Positions 23,169 through 31,418 of a stretch of DNA of 64,000 nt are shown here, in pieces. The stretch's first letter is position 1. The number at the start of each line of letters is the position of its first letter. Source of the DNA: Terriglobia bacterium (lineage in GTDB: Bacteria; Acidobacteriota; Terriglobia; JAJPHL01; JAPKYU01); the NCBI GenBank assembly GCA_965223005.1, contig CBDCVK010000002.1:224001-288000 (forward strand). Reading direction: 5' to 3'. The translations under genes were made by a program, and so were the position numbers. The notes beneath the pieces were generated by a model. That model was not told where the DNA came from and did not search any database. It saw only the letters and a program-made list of their open reading frames with translations.

Positions 23169-23441
23169 TTCTGCACCGGGCTGGGCGCGACGAATCCGCC
23201 GGTCACCTCAGGCGAGCCAGGGCCGGGGACCGAACCACTGGCGCGGGTGGTGGTGCCGGTGGAAGCGCAGGTGGGCGGCCAGCCGGCGACGGTGCACTTC
23301 GCCGGGCTGGCACCGGGCTTTGTGGGCCTCTACCAAGTCAATGTAGAAATCCCGGCAGATGTGGCGCCGGGCTCCGAGGTTCCGTTGGTGTTCCTCCAAA
23401 ACGCTGTCCCTAGCAACACCGTCACCATCGCCGTCGAGTAG
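23169..23441 (+). pseudogene. TIGR03437-type C-terminal domain fragment
   Basis: FCTGLGATNPPV..FAGLAPGFVGLYQVNV..SNTVTIAVE*; no 5' part. Confidence 0.75.
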
Positions 23442-23478
23442 CCCGTTTCGCCTCGTTTAGGTCTCTGAATCCCACCGC

Positions 23479-23610
23479 CAGGTGTGCACTTTGGTGTGCA
23501 GGAAGTGGGGCAGAAATGCTCCCACTTGAGCGGACAACCGGGAAGGCTATCCGCTTTGCTTTTCTGCCCCTTGTGGTACTGAGTCGGCTGGAGTAGGTTG
23601 CGGAATTCCC
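23479..23610 (+). mobile_element. Integrative element right end (GTGTGCA arm repeats)
   Basis: Near-identical to 14508-14639. Confidence 0.75.
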
Positions 23611-23655
23611 CTCCGGAACCAAAGGCCGCAGGTTCGAATCCTGCCGGGCGTACCA
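23611..23655 (+). repeat. tRNA-Arg(CCG) 3' half
   Basis: Identical to 13810-13854; followed by IHF-like AATCAGTTGCTTA and TCTAACA repeats. Confidence 0.85.
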
Positions 23656-23754
23656 CTAAAATCAGTTGCTTATAGAGATTTCGCCTAGGTCCTTTTGCCT
23701 TCCATCTAACACCCGTCTAACAAACGGGCTTTCGTCGGATTCTACGCTAGGCCG

Positions 23755-24235
23755 TATTGAGCTGGAGCCGAACAGCAGGCCGCAGGTTGTGGTGAAGGGG
23801 GCGCAGACGATCACGGTGCCCGAGACCATTACGATTGCCACAGCACGACCGGGCATCTTTACCACCAACCAGCAGGGGACCGGGCAGGGAGCCATCCTGG
23901 ACGCGCAGGGGCGGCTGGTGGACAGCAATGCGGCTGTTGCTGTGGGGGACATTGTGCAGGTCCTTCGCCACGGGGTTGGGGATGACCCAGCCGGTGGTGC
24001 CTTCCGGGCAGGAGGCGCCTGGGGTGGAGCCACTGGCGCGGGTCACGGTTCCGGTAGAGCAACCGTGGACGGAAAGCCGGCTCCGGTCCATTTCGCCGGT
24101 CTGGCGCCGGGCTTTGTCGGTCTTTATCAGGTGAACGTGCAGATCCCCGAAGGTGTCACCGCCGGCACGTTTGTCCCGCTGGTCCTTTTCCAGCAAGGCG
24201 TGCCCAGCAACAGCGTCACTCTTGTCGTCAAGTAG
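23755..24235 (+). pseudogene. TIGR03437-type domain fragment with internal frame disturbance
   Basis: PGIFTTNQQGTGQGAIL..FAGLAPGFVGLYQVNV; the middle (FATGLG..EPLARV) is in another frame. Confidence 0.75.
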
Positions 24236-24252
24236 CCACTAAGAAACAGGCA

Positions 24253-24600
24253 ATGCAAGCGGAATCGCAACGTGTTTGGCGCCGCCGAGTTCTCTGCCTA
24301 CTCGCGTTCACTCTAAACTTATCGCTCATAACTCATCACTGCTTTTCTCAGGTCATCACCACGGTGGCCGGCAGCCAGTGGATCTTCCGTGGCGACGGCG
24401 GCCTGGGGCGGAATGCACCACTGGGAAAGATTTGGCAACTAGCCGTGGACGCCGGGGGCAACGTTTACGCGGCAGACATAGACAACCACATCGTAGTTCG
24501 GGTTGAGCCCAGCGGTATCCTGACTGTTGTAGCGGGAAACGGCTTTCGTGGCTTTTCGGGTGATGGAGGCGCGGCCACCAGCGCGTCCTTTAACAGGCCC
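24253..24600 (+). pseudogene. NHL-repeat protein, 3'-truncated
   Basis: Signal peptide, ITTVAG..GDGG, LAVDAGGNVY.AD, VAGNG.RGFSGDGGAATSA; breaks off just before the flank of site copy 5. Confidence 0.75.
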
Positions 24601-24665
24601 AGGGCGGAGGAACGGGGTTGGTTCCTCAGGAGTCGGTTAGCATTTGCCTATGCTGCCACGCAGCC

Positions 24666-24716
24666 CACTTGGATGTATAACGCGCTTATCGGAAACTGAC
24701 CTACTACCCTGGCGGG
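24666..24716 (-). repeat. Site B plus partial type-1 loop, copy 5
   Basis: CACTTGGATGTATA-ACGCGC-TTATCGGAAACTGA..CTACCCTGGCGGG. Confidence 0.82.
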
Positions 24717-24779
24717 AGCAGCACCACGCTTCGCCTCTAGGATTGCCGCGAATCCGATCCTGCACCGGCGGTGCAACTG

Positions 24780-25109
24780 CTATCCGTAGCCGCGAAGGAA
24801 CTTGCGACCGCGTTCTGCCAACTCTGAGGCATCTTCCACGAATTCCCGGCCCCGGTCCACCACCTCCCGGCCCCGGTCCACCACTTCCCGGCCGCGGTCG
24901 TAGAGTTCATGCCCCCGGTCGGAAACGAAGTCGCGCGCGTCCTCAGCCTTGTCGGAAGCGAAGTGTCGCGCTTTCTTGGCCTTCCTGGAAAGATAGCGGC
25001 ACGTGACGCGGCCCGAGCGGGGCGCGTACAGCATGGCCAATGGTACCCCGAAGCCGACCCCTGCCAGAAACCACCGGGCCCGGCGGCCACCTCTGTCCTT
25101 GTATTCCAC
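24780..25109 (-). CDS. YtxH-domain protein
   Basis: FLAGVGFG..AMLYAPRSG motif and DRGREVV heptad repeats; GTG start after GGAGAAAGGA. Confidence 0.8.
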   Translation of the reverse strand: MEYKDRGGRRARWFLAGVGFGVPLAMLYAPRSGRVTCRYLSRKAKKARHFASDKAEDARDFVSDRGHELYDRGREVVDRGREVVDRGREFVEDASELAERGRKFLRGYG

Positions 25110-25676
25110 TGTCCTTTCTCCCTTCTGGTTTGTCCCGCGCGGCAAACAGCACCAACCCACGCCGCTCACTCTTATCTTGACGACGACAACCTACCAAAGC
25201 TCCAAAACACTTAAGTGGGGGTGGGCGACCTCCATCCCGCAACTGCCCTCACAGCACCCGGCTTGATGGTCCGAGCGCAGGTCCATCTCGTCGCAGCAGT
25301 GAATTTGACCCTTCTCCCTCTGGGCCTGCGCCCGGACTACCTCTGCTTGCATGTAAGCTGCCAGCTCTTTCTTTTCTGTAGACCTCGCGCCGTTTGTCCT
25401 GGCAACGGACGCAAAATCCCTTTGATTTCATAAGAATGCAATCAGCTTTCAAGAGGGAGGGAAGAGGTGAATTCTCTTACAGGCAAGGATGCAGGACGGT
25501 GGAAGAAGTGAAAAAGTTTTCCCAAGAGAGAACTTTTTCCAGACTGCGCTCGTGTGTAAGACAAGACGGCAGGCAGATCGCGCGGCATTATCTCGCTGTA
25601 GCGAAGCTGGTTTCTCCAAGACTTCTTCGATAGGTCCTCACTCGTCGGTTAGCGTTTGCCGATGCTGCCCCGCCGC

Positions 25677-25696
25677 CACTTGGACGTATAACGCGC
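25677..25696 (-). repeat. Site B half, copy 6
   Basis: CACTTGGACGTATA-ACGCGC with the ~35-bp flank shared by copies 1 and 5. Confidence 0.78.
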
Positions 25697-25905
25697 GGCT
25701 CTTCTGGAAATGACCAGCTTCCCCGTTTCCAGCAGCGCCCCGGAACCTGGCCCTAGAACAGAGGTTTTACAGACCGCCCATGCGGCGGATCTCGTTGAAA
25801 CTCCGCTTCGGTGAGTGGCGAGACGGCAATCGGACGCATCTTCCCGCGGCGCCTTTGGGGTATTCTGAACTATGTTGTCAGCGTTGTCAGCACTGGAGAT
25901 CCCTA

Positions 25906-26820
25906 ATGTCGCTTCGGCCAATAAAGCGGCTCATCACGGCCAAGCCAACCCGCGAAGGCGCAGGTGTGAATCTGCGCCGGGCGTTCGGTTTCGGCAACAC
26001 GTCCGAGTTCGACCCGTTCCTGCTGCTCGACGACTTCCGGAATGAACGTCGGGAGGATTACCAAGCGGGATTCCCGTGGCATCCCCACCGAGGGATCGAG
26101 ACCATCACATACGTCCTCGCGGGAAGCGTCGACCACGGCGACAGCATGGGAAACCGCGGCATCATAGACGCAGGAGACGTTCAGTGGATGACCGCGGGAA
26201 GCGGCATCATTCACCAGGAGATGCCAAAGGGTGATCCAGGCGGCCGGATGCATGGTTTCCAGTTGTGGGCGAATCTTCCATCATCGCTCAAGATGACGAA
26301 ACCCCGTTATCAGGAGGTGAAGGCGACTGATATCCCCTTCATCAAGGATGATGACGGAACTGAAGTTCGTGTCATTTGCGGAAGTTTTTGGGGCGCGACC
26401 GGCCCAGTGGATGGGATCGCAGCCGACCCGATTTATCTAGATGTTTCCATTCCCCCCGGCAAGAGAAAGACATTCCCGGTCGAGACAACTCGACACGCCT
26501 TTGCCTATGTTTTTGGAGGGCTTGGTAAGTTCTGTAACGCTTCGGGTCCGCTTTCTGTGCCAACTGAAGGGGTCGGATGGGCTGATACAAAACCACCCTC
26601 GGAGGCTGCCAACCGCTCACTCGTGCTCTTTGACCGCGGTGACGAGCTTACGGTACAGGCTGGAGAAGACGGGATCCGGTTTCTCCTAGTCTCGGGAAAG
26701 CCCCTGGAGGAGCCCGTTGCATGGTACGGCCCGATCGTAATGAATACGCAGGAACAGCTTCGGCAGGCGTTCGAGGAACTCGACCGGGGGACGTTTCTGA
26801 AGGCGGAGCGACAGAGGTAG
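25906..26820 (+). CDS. Pirin family protein
   Basis: DPFLLLD, GFPWHPHRGIETITY, GDVQWMTAGSGIIHQEMP, YGPIVMN. Confidence 0.93.
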   Translation: MSLRPIKRLITAKPTREGAGVNLRRAFGFGNTSEFDPFLLLDDFRNERREDYQAGFPWHPHRGIETITYVLAGSVDHGDSMGNRGIIDAGDVQWMTAGSGIIHQEMPKGDPGGRMHGFQLWANLPSSLKMTKPRYQEVKATDIPFIKDDDGTEVRVICGSFWGATGPVDGIAADPIYLDVSIPPGKRKTFPVETTRHAFAYVFGGLGKFCNASGPLSVPTEGVGWADTKPPSEAANRSLVLFDRGDELTVQAGEDGIRFLLVSGKPLEEPVAWYGPIVMNTQEQLRQAFEELDRGTFLKAERQR

Positions 26821-26851
26821 GATAAATACCCGCCACCTCGCCCTTACCCAC

Positions 26852-26871
26852 CACTTGGCCATATAACGCCC
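26852..26871 (-). repeat. Site B half, copy 7 (recombinase-proximal)
   Basis: CACTTGGCCATATA-ACGCCC, about 60 bp upstream of the recombinase ATG. Confidence 0.7.
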
Positions 26872-26933
26872 ATACCATCCTCGAACTCACCCGATTCCTA
26901 ATCTCAAGGCCAGCCGTCAGGAGGCGGCTGACC

Positions 26934-27881
26934 ATGAGAAGAAGATCACAAAGAGCTGGCAAGAAAGCAGCTCGACCGAAGGCGAAGCTTGGACTTCCGG
27001 ATCTGGATCAAGCCAAGGCAGCGGTGCTCTCTACACTACGCTCACCTGAGTCACAGCGCGGCTATCGGCACACCATCGACGAGTTCATTTGGTGGTACTG
27101 CTCGGAGCCCCGCCTGGTGCAGGCGCAAGGTACGGTGCAAGCCAACCCGACGGTGCCGGCCCTGTTTGCCGGCGGAGTAGTGAACGGGGCCAGCTTTGCT
27201 CCGGGCGAAGCGCTGGCGCCAGGCAGCATTGTGTCGGTGTTTGGGCTCAACTTGGCCAGCGGGTTGAATTTTGCTTCACAGGTGCCGCTAGAAACAACAC
27301 TGGGTGGTGCAACCATGAACATCGGAGGCGTGGAGGCACCCCTGTTCTTCACCAGCGACGGGCAGGTAAACGCGCAGATTCCGTTTGAGCTAGCCCCCAA
27401 CAGCCGGCCGCACGTGGTGGTACAGACGCGGCGCGATGGCAGCGGTCCGGAGGCAATCACGGTACCGGGGACCATCACGCTGGCCGGGGCGCGGCCAGGC
27501 ATCTTCACCACCAACCAGCAGGGGACCGGGCAGGGAGCAATCCTGGACGCGCAGGGGCAGCTGGTGGACGGCGCGGCGCCCGCTGCGGCGGGTGAAATTA
27601 TACAGGTGTTCTGCACCGGGCTGGGCGCCGTGAAGGAGCAGGTAGAGACGGGAGCCCCCGCGCCCTCGTTCAGCACCGTGCAACTGCCGGTGACGGTGAC
27701 CATCGGAGGGCTCGACGCCGCGATAGCCTACCAGGGGCTAGCGCCCGGCTTTGTGGGCCTCTACCAGGTGAACGCCGTCGTGCCCGCCGGCGTTGCGGCG
27801 GGCGGTGCGGTCCCGCTGGGCCTCACGCAGAACGGGATTGTGGCCAACCCGGGTCAGCCGGTCACCATCGCCGTCGAGTAG
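26934..27881 (+). CDS. Chimera: tyrosine recombinase N-terminus (~61 aa) fused in frame to a TIGR03437-type domain
   Basis: LPDLDQAKAAVLSTLRSPESQRGYRHTIDEFIWWYCSEPRL, then GVVNGASF..LAPGSIVSVFG..GQVNAQIPFE..GLYQVN; AGGAGG RBS; no catalytic RHRY domain. Confidence 0.72.
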   Translation: MRRRSQRAGKKAARPKAKLGLPDLDQAKAAVLSTLRSPESQRGYRHTIDEFIWWYCSEPRLVQAQGTVQANPTVPALFAGGVVNGASFAPGEALAPGSIVSVFGLNLASGLNFASQVPLETTLGGATMNIGGVEAPLFFTSDGQVNAQIPFELAPNSRPHVVVQTRRDGSGPEAITVPGTITLAGARPGIFTTNQQGTGQGAILDAQGQLVDGAAPAAAGEIIQVFCTGLGAVKEQVETGAPAPSFSTVQLPVTVTIGGLDAAIAYQGLAPGFVGLYQVNAVVPAGVAAGGAVPLGLTQNGIVANPGQPVTIAVE

Positions 27882-28288
27882 CCTGCTTCGCCTCAAGATT
27901 CCCCGCGCGGGATAGTAGGGCGACTGGCCTACCGCACTGATCCGGTCCCAGTGGGAATTTCCGCTTGACGGAAATTGGGATTTGTCCTGCACGCTAGTTT
28001 GGATGCGGGAGCTACCCGGGGTCGTTCCTCCCTCTCCCCCCGGGTCTCCGCGCAGTCCCGCCTTCAGGGTGCCGCACCGACCTACCGATAGGTTCTTCTG
28101 AATCTCGGCGGCTACCCGGGAGCAGTCCGTCCCCCCTTCCCCTTGCCCCCTGTAGCTGTCTAGCTGAGCCTGGCCACTGAGGAGGCCGGATCGCCTCCTA
28201 GAATCGACAACACAGACGGGTGGACGGGTTTCTGAACTTTCCCTACCGGCTTCGGGTGGCAAGCACCAAGAACGAGTGATGGGGTTTG

Positions 28289-29224
28289 CTATTGGCAGAA
28301 CTTGAGCTGGACGGTCCCCATCTGGAGGATATCGTCGTTCCCCAAGACGACTGTCTCCTGATTTGCCATGCGCCGCCCGTTGATGACGGTGGCATTGGAA
28401 TCCTTGCTAGCCAGATTGACCAGCCGGAATTCACCGGCTTGCGCGGAGTAGACCAGGCGCGCCTGGCTCCGGATGACCGTGTTGGTCTTGTCCTTGATCC
28501 GGACTCCGTCGGTGACGTCCGGGCTTTCCCGACCGATTTCGACTTCGCCCATTCCGGATGGATCCGTTAAGTAGATCACCTCTGTTTCCTCTGTGCCGTT
28601 CCGCTCGTCCAGCACGATCAGCTTCGCCGGCAGAATCTTTGTGGTCCTGTACTCCGCTGGTTCCTCTGCCCGATCCTCCACCATGAGTGGCTTCGTCGGC
28701 AGAATCTTTCTGGTCTTGAATTCGGTGACATGCGAGCGGTCATCGACGCGGGGAGCATGACCGGCAAGGTGTGCAGCAGGAATAGGCGAAGGAGTTCTTA
28801 CGTAGCGGCGGTTTGGGACCGGAGAAGCTGGGGGTCTGCTTCCTCTCCATGCAATCACAAAGAGGATCAGCATCAAAGTCCCGGCAAGCGCCAGCCGTCT
28901 GCGCTTGTCCTGCTGTTTGCTGCCTGTGGATATGGGTTCGGTTTCCGCAGCCGCATGATGAATCTCACTAGATTCCGGATTCTTGATCGCCGTGCCAGTC
29001 ACGCTGATTGGTAATGGCTGGTTCGCAAAGCGGATTAGGGCGCTCCCTCCGTCTTTGAAATAGTCACGGGTCGCCTCGAAGCCGCGCTCTAACTTTTCGA
29101 TGGGGATAGCTGTCGGGGCATAGGGTCCGCTCGCTGACAGGCCTACGGCCGGTAAGCAAGCCAGTAGGGCAATAGCGCGGAGGATGCCTCTTCCACCAAC
29201 TCGTTCTTTGATCTTGTTTTCCAT
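28289..29224 (-). CDS. Membrane protein with C-terminal FHA domain
   Basis: Signal peptide, TM segment, IGR..VIRSQARL..SNATVING..DILQMG. Confidence 0.72.
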   Translation of the reverse strand: MENKIKERVGGRGILRAIALLACLPAVGLSASGPYAPTAIPIEKLERGFEATRDYFKDGGSALIRFANQPLPISVTGTAIKNPESSEIHHAAAETEPISTGSKQQDKRRRLALAGTLMLILFVIAWRGSRPPASPVPNRRYVRTPSPIPAAHLAGHAPRVDDRSHVTEFKTRKILPTKPLMVEDRAEEPAEYRTTKILPAKLIVLDERNGTEETEVIYLTDPSGMGEVEIGRESPDVTDGVRIKDKTNTVIRSQARLVYSAQAGEFRLVNLASKDSNATVINGRRMANQETVVLGNDDILQMGTVQLKFCQ

Positions 29225-29388
29225 AACAGCACCTAGTTAAGCGCAGCCGCCCCAAGCCTCCAATAGGCTAGTAGTTACATTTTGCCCGGTACTCGGTACT
29301 CTTGTACCAGCAGGGGCGCGCCCTACAGGTGGGAATCGGGGCTGCTAATACTTTCTCAAGCTGCCGTGATTCCCTGAAACGGCAAGAG

Positions 29389-30450
29389 TTAACTCGGAAT
29401 TGGCACATCGGTCCTTCCATGAAAATTCGCTCGAGCGGGGGCGCTTGCGCTTGGGGCCTCTACGGTCTCCGGCTCGGCCGGCCCGGTTGGCTTGTCGGCA
29501 AGAACCGCCTGCTCGGCACGATCCAAGAGCTGGCCGGGGGAGTCGCCAGGTTGATAGGCGGTCCACCCAGAAACAAAGCTGACTGGAATCTTCTCCGCAC
29601 GAAAGTCCACTTCCAGATCCGCCATGCGGGGAAGCGTGACCGGCACCTGCTCGGGTCTGCCTTCGGGGAACAACACCATGAACTCATCCTGGCCTGTGCG
29701 CGCGGCAAAATCCGAGTTTCGGATCGCTTTCTTGAGTTGTGCGCCAAAATGCTTCAGCACCAGATCGCCGGCCGAGCGTCCGTAGGAGTCGATGATCTGC
29801 GCGAAGTCCTTCAGATGCAGCGCCACCACGGTGAGTGAATTTTCCTCCCTCTGGGATCGGGCCAGCTCGGTAGATAGGTGCTCCTCGAGGAAGCTGCGGT
29901 TGTACAGTCCGGTGACGGGATCCAGCATCGCCAGCTGGTGAGAATCCTCGGTCCGGAATTTCAGGTTGAAGACCGAGTCAATCTGCTGGGACAGCAACAT
30001 CGAATCAACCTGCCGGGACAGCTCATGCCGGATTCGTCTGCTCACCAGCTGCTGGGCTACGGCATAGCCGCTGAAAAGCAGCACGATGGAAAACTGTGTC
30101 CAGAAGGGCGCTGAGGAGAGTGCAAGCACGGTCCCCATCAGCAGCAGCACCGCGAGGGCCGCTGACCAGACCCGCCAATCTCTCCGTTCCAGTTGCTGCA
30201 ACCTGTCTTGAATCGCCGACAGGCCAGCAATGGCATCCAGAGGAGACAAATGCTGATCCGACTCCGATGGCTCGCCTTCGGCCCCCTGGGGCCGGGGGGC
30301 AAACTGAGCGAAAGCCTCCTGTGGAAATGAGGCAGGGTTCGCAGGGGACACCACATCAGTAGTGACTAGGCTCATAGTAGCTCCTTCAACCAGACCGGCC
30401 TCGGTGGCCGGCAGGGTACTCAAGTTCGACATTGGGTTCGCATGGCTCAT
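29389..30450 (-). CDS. GGDEF-domain membrane protein (degenerate GQDEF)
   Basis: LDPVTGLYNR, YGRSAGDLVL, ARTGQDEFMV; two TM segments. Confidence 0.82.
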   Translation of the reverse strand: MSHANPMSNLSTLPATEAGLVEGATMSLVTTDVVSPANPASFPQEAFAQFAPRPQGAEGEPSESDQHLSPLDAIAGLSAIQDRLQQLERRDWRVWSAALAVLLLMGTVLALSSAPFWTQFSIVLLFSGYAVAQQLVSRRIRHELSRQVDSMLLSQQIDSVFNLKFRTEDSHQLAMLDPVTGLYNRSFLEEHLSTELARSQREENSLTVVALHLKDFAQIIDSYGRSAGDLVLKHFGAQLKKAIRNSDFAARTGQDEFMVLFPEGRPEQVPVTLPRMADLEVDFRAEKIPVSFVSGWTAYQPGDSPGQLLDRAEQAVLADKPTGPAEPETVEAPSASAPARANFHGRTDVPIPS

Positions 30451-30793
30451 AACGTAAACCTCATTGGCGTAGATTTCAGTGCCATGGACTTGATCGCGCA
30501 CCTCACCGGGAGAATCCGCAGAAACTCCGGGAGGGGTCTGCGGGTCTTCTGTGCCGCAACCATCGCGCAAAACAGCGCCGCCATGGTCTGGGTCGTTTGA
30601 GTTCTTGTGCTGTCCATAACAGTGCCTAGTTAAGCGGAGCCGCAGCAAATGGCCAATAGCCCCACAGTTACATTTTGCTTGGTACTTTCGGACTAGCGGG
30701 CGCGCGCCCAGCAGGTGGGAATCGGGCCAAGCGAAGATTCCCCAAGTTATAGGCGATCACGCTCCACCACAGACGCACTTCAATTGCCCGGAT

Positions 30794-31120
30794 CTAGGGT
30801 TTCAGGAAAATGCCGAGCAGCTTGATGGCAACGCCCTTTTTGAGTGAGCCTTCGAGTTCCTGGACCCGTACGACTTCTGCATGCATGGGCCGTTCCATCG
30901 AGGGCTTTGATGGGTCGTAGGGGAATATAACCTCCATCTCCATGCCCGGCTTGTAATCGCCAAAAGCCTCAAAGAAGATTCCGTTGCGGGTCAGGTTCTT
31001 GACGGTCCCCACTTGCGAGGACTGGTAGGAACCCTTGAACTTGACCAGGATCTTGACCTCGTTGGTGACCCGATACCGTTGCCGCCGCTCGGGTCCCCCG
31101 TGTTTGGGCTTATCGGGCAT
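30794..31120 (-). CDS. PilZ domain protein
   Basis: ERRQRYR (RxxxR) and NLTRNG (D/NxSxxG-like) motifs, AEVVRV. Confidence 0.8.
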   Translation of the reverse strand: MPDKPKHGGPERRQRYRVTNEVKILVKFKGSYQSSQVGTVKNLTRNGIFFEAFGDYKPGMEMEVIFPYDPSKPSMERPMHAEVVRVQELEGSLKKGVAIKLLGIFLKP

Positions 31121-31341
31121 GGTCCTACACTAGCGAGGTGGGGCTATCTGCCATAATAGCAGCGCTTCACGCTTGGCGCGGCACAAAGGGGTCCGGACCT
31201 GGACATCACCACCGCGACAGGTGGAGGGGCCCAGGCGCGAGTTCGAGGGGCATCCTATGCAATCCTGGCTGGATCATAGGTAAACACTAGCCCGTTAGTG
31301 TGGACTATCGTCTTTGTGTGCTTCCCCGAAGGGAATCCAGG

Positions 31342-31375
31342 CACTTGTCCGGTATGCGCGTTATATGTCCAAGTG
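31342..31375 (+). repeat. 34-bp site B, copy 8
   Basis: CACTTGTCCGGTAT-GCGCGT-TATATGTCCAAGTG, followed by TTCCGAGTGCGCCGTGACACGA shared with ~1815-1836. Confidence 0.82.
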
Positions 31376-31418
31376 CATTACTTCCGAGTGCGCCGTGACA
31401 CGAATCAGGGAATACGAC

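Noticed and set aside
24838-24900. 21-bp tandem repeats
   Set aside because: Coding DRGREVV heptads typical of YtxH proteins.
25395-25420. c-di-GMP-I riboswitch (GGCAA..GACGCAAA)
   Set aside because: The GNRA-capped P2 stem and P3 are missing.
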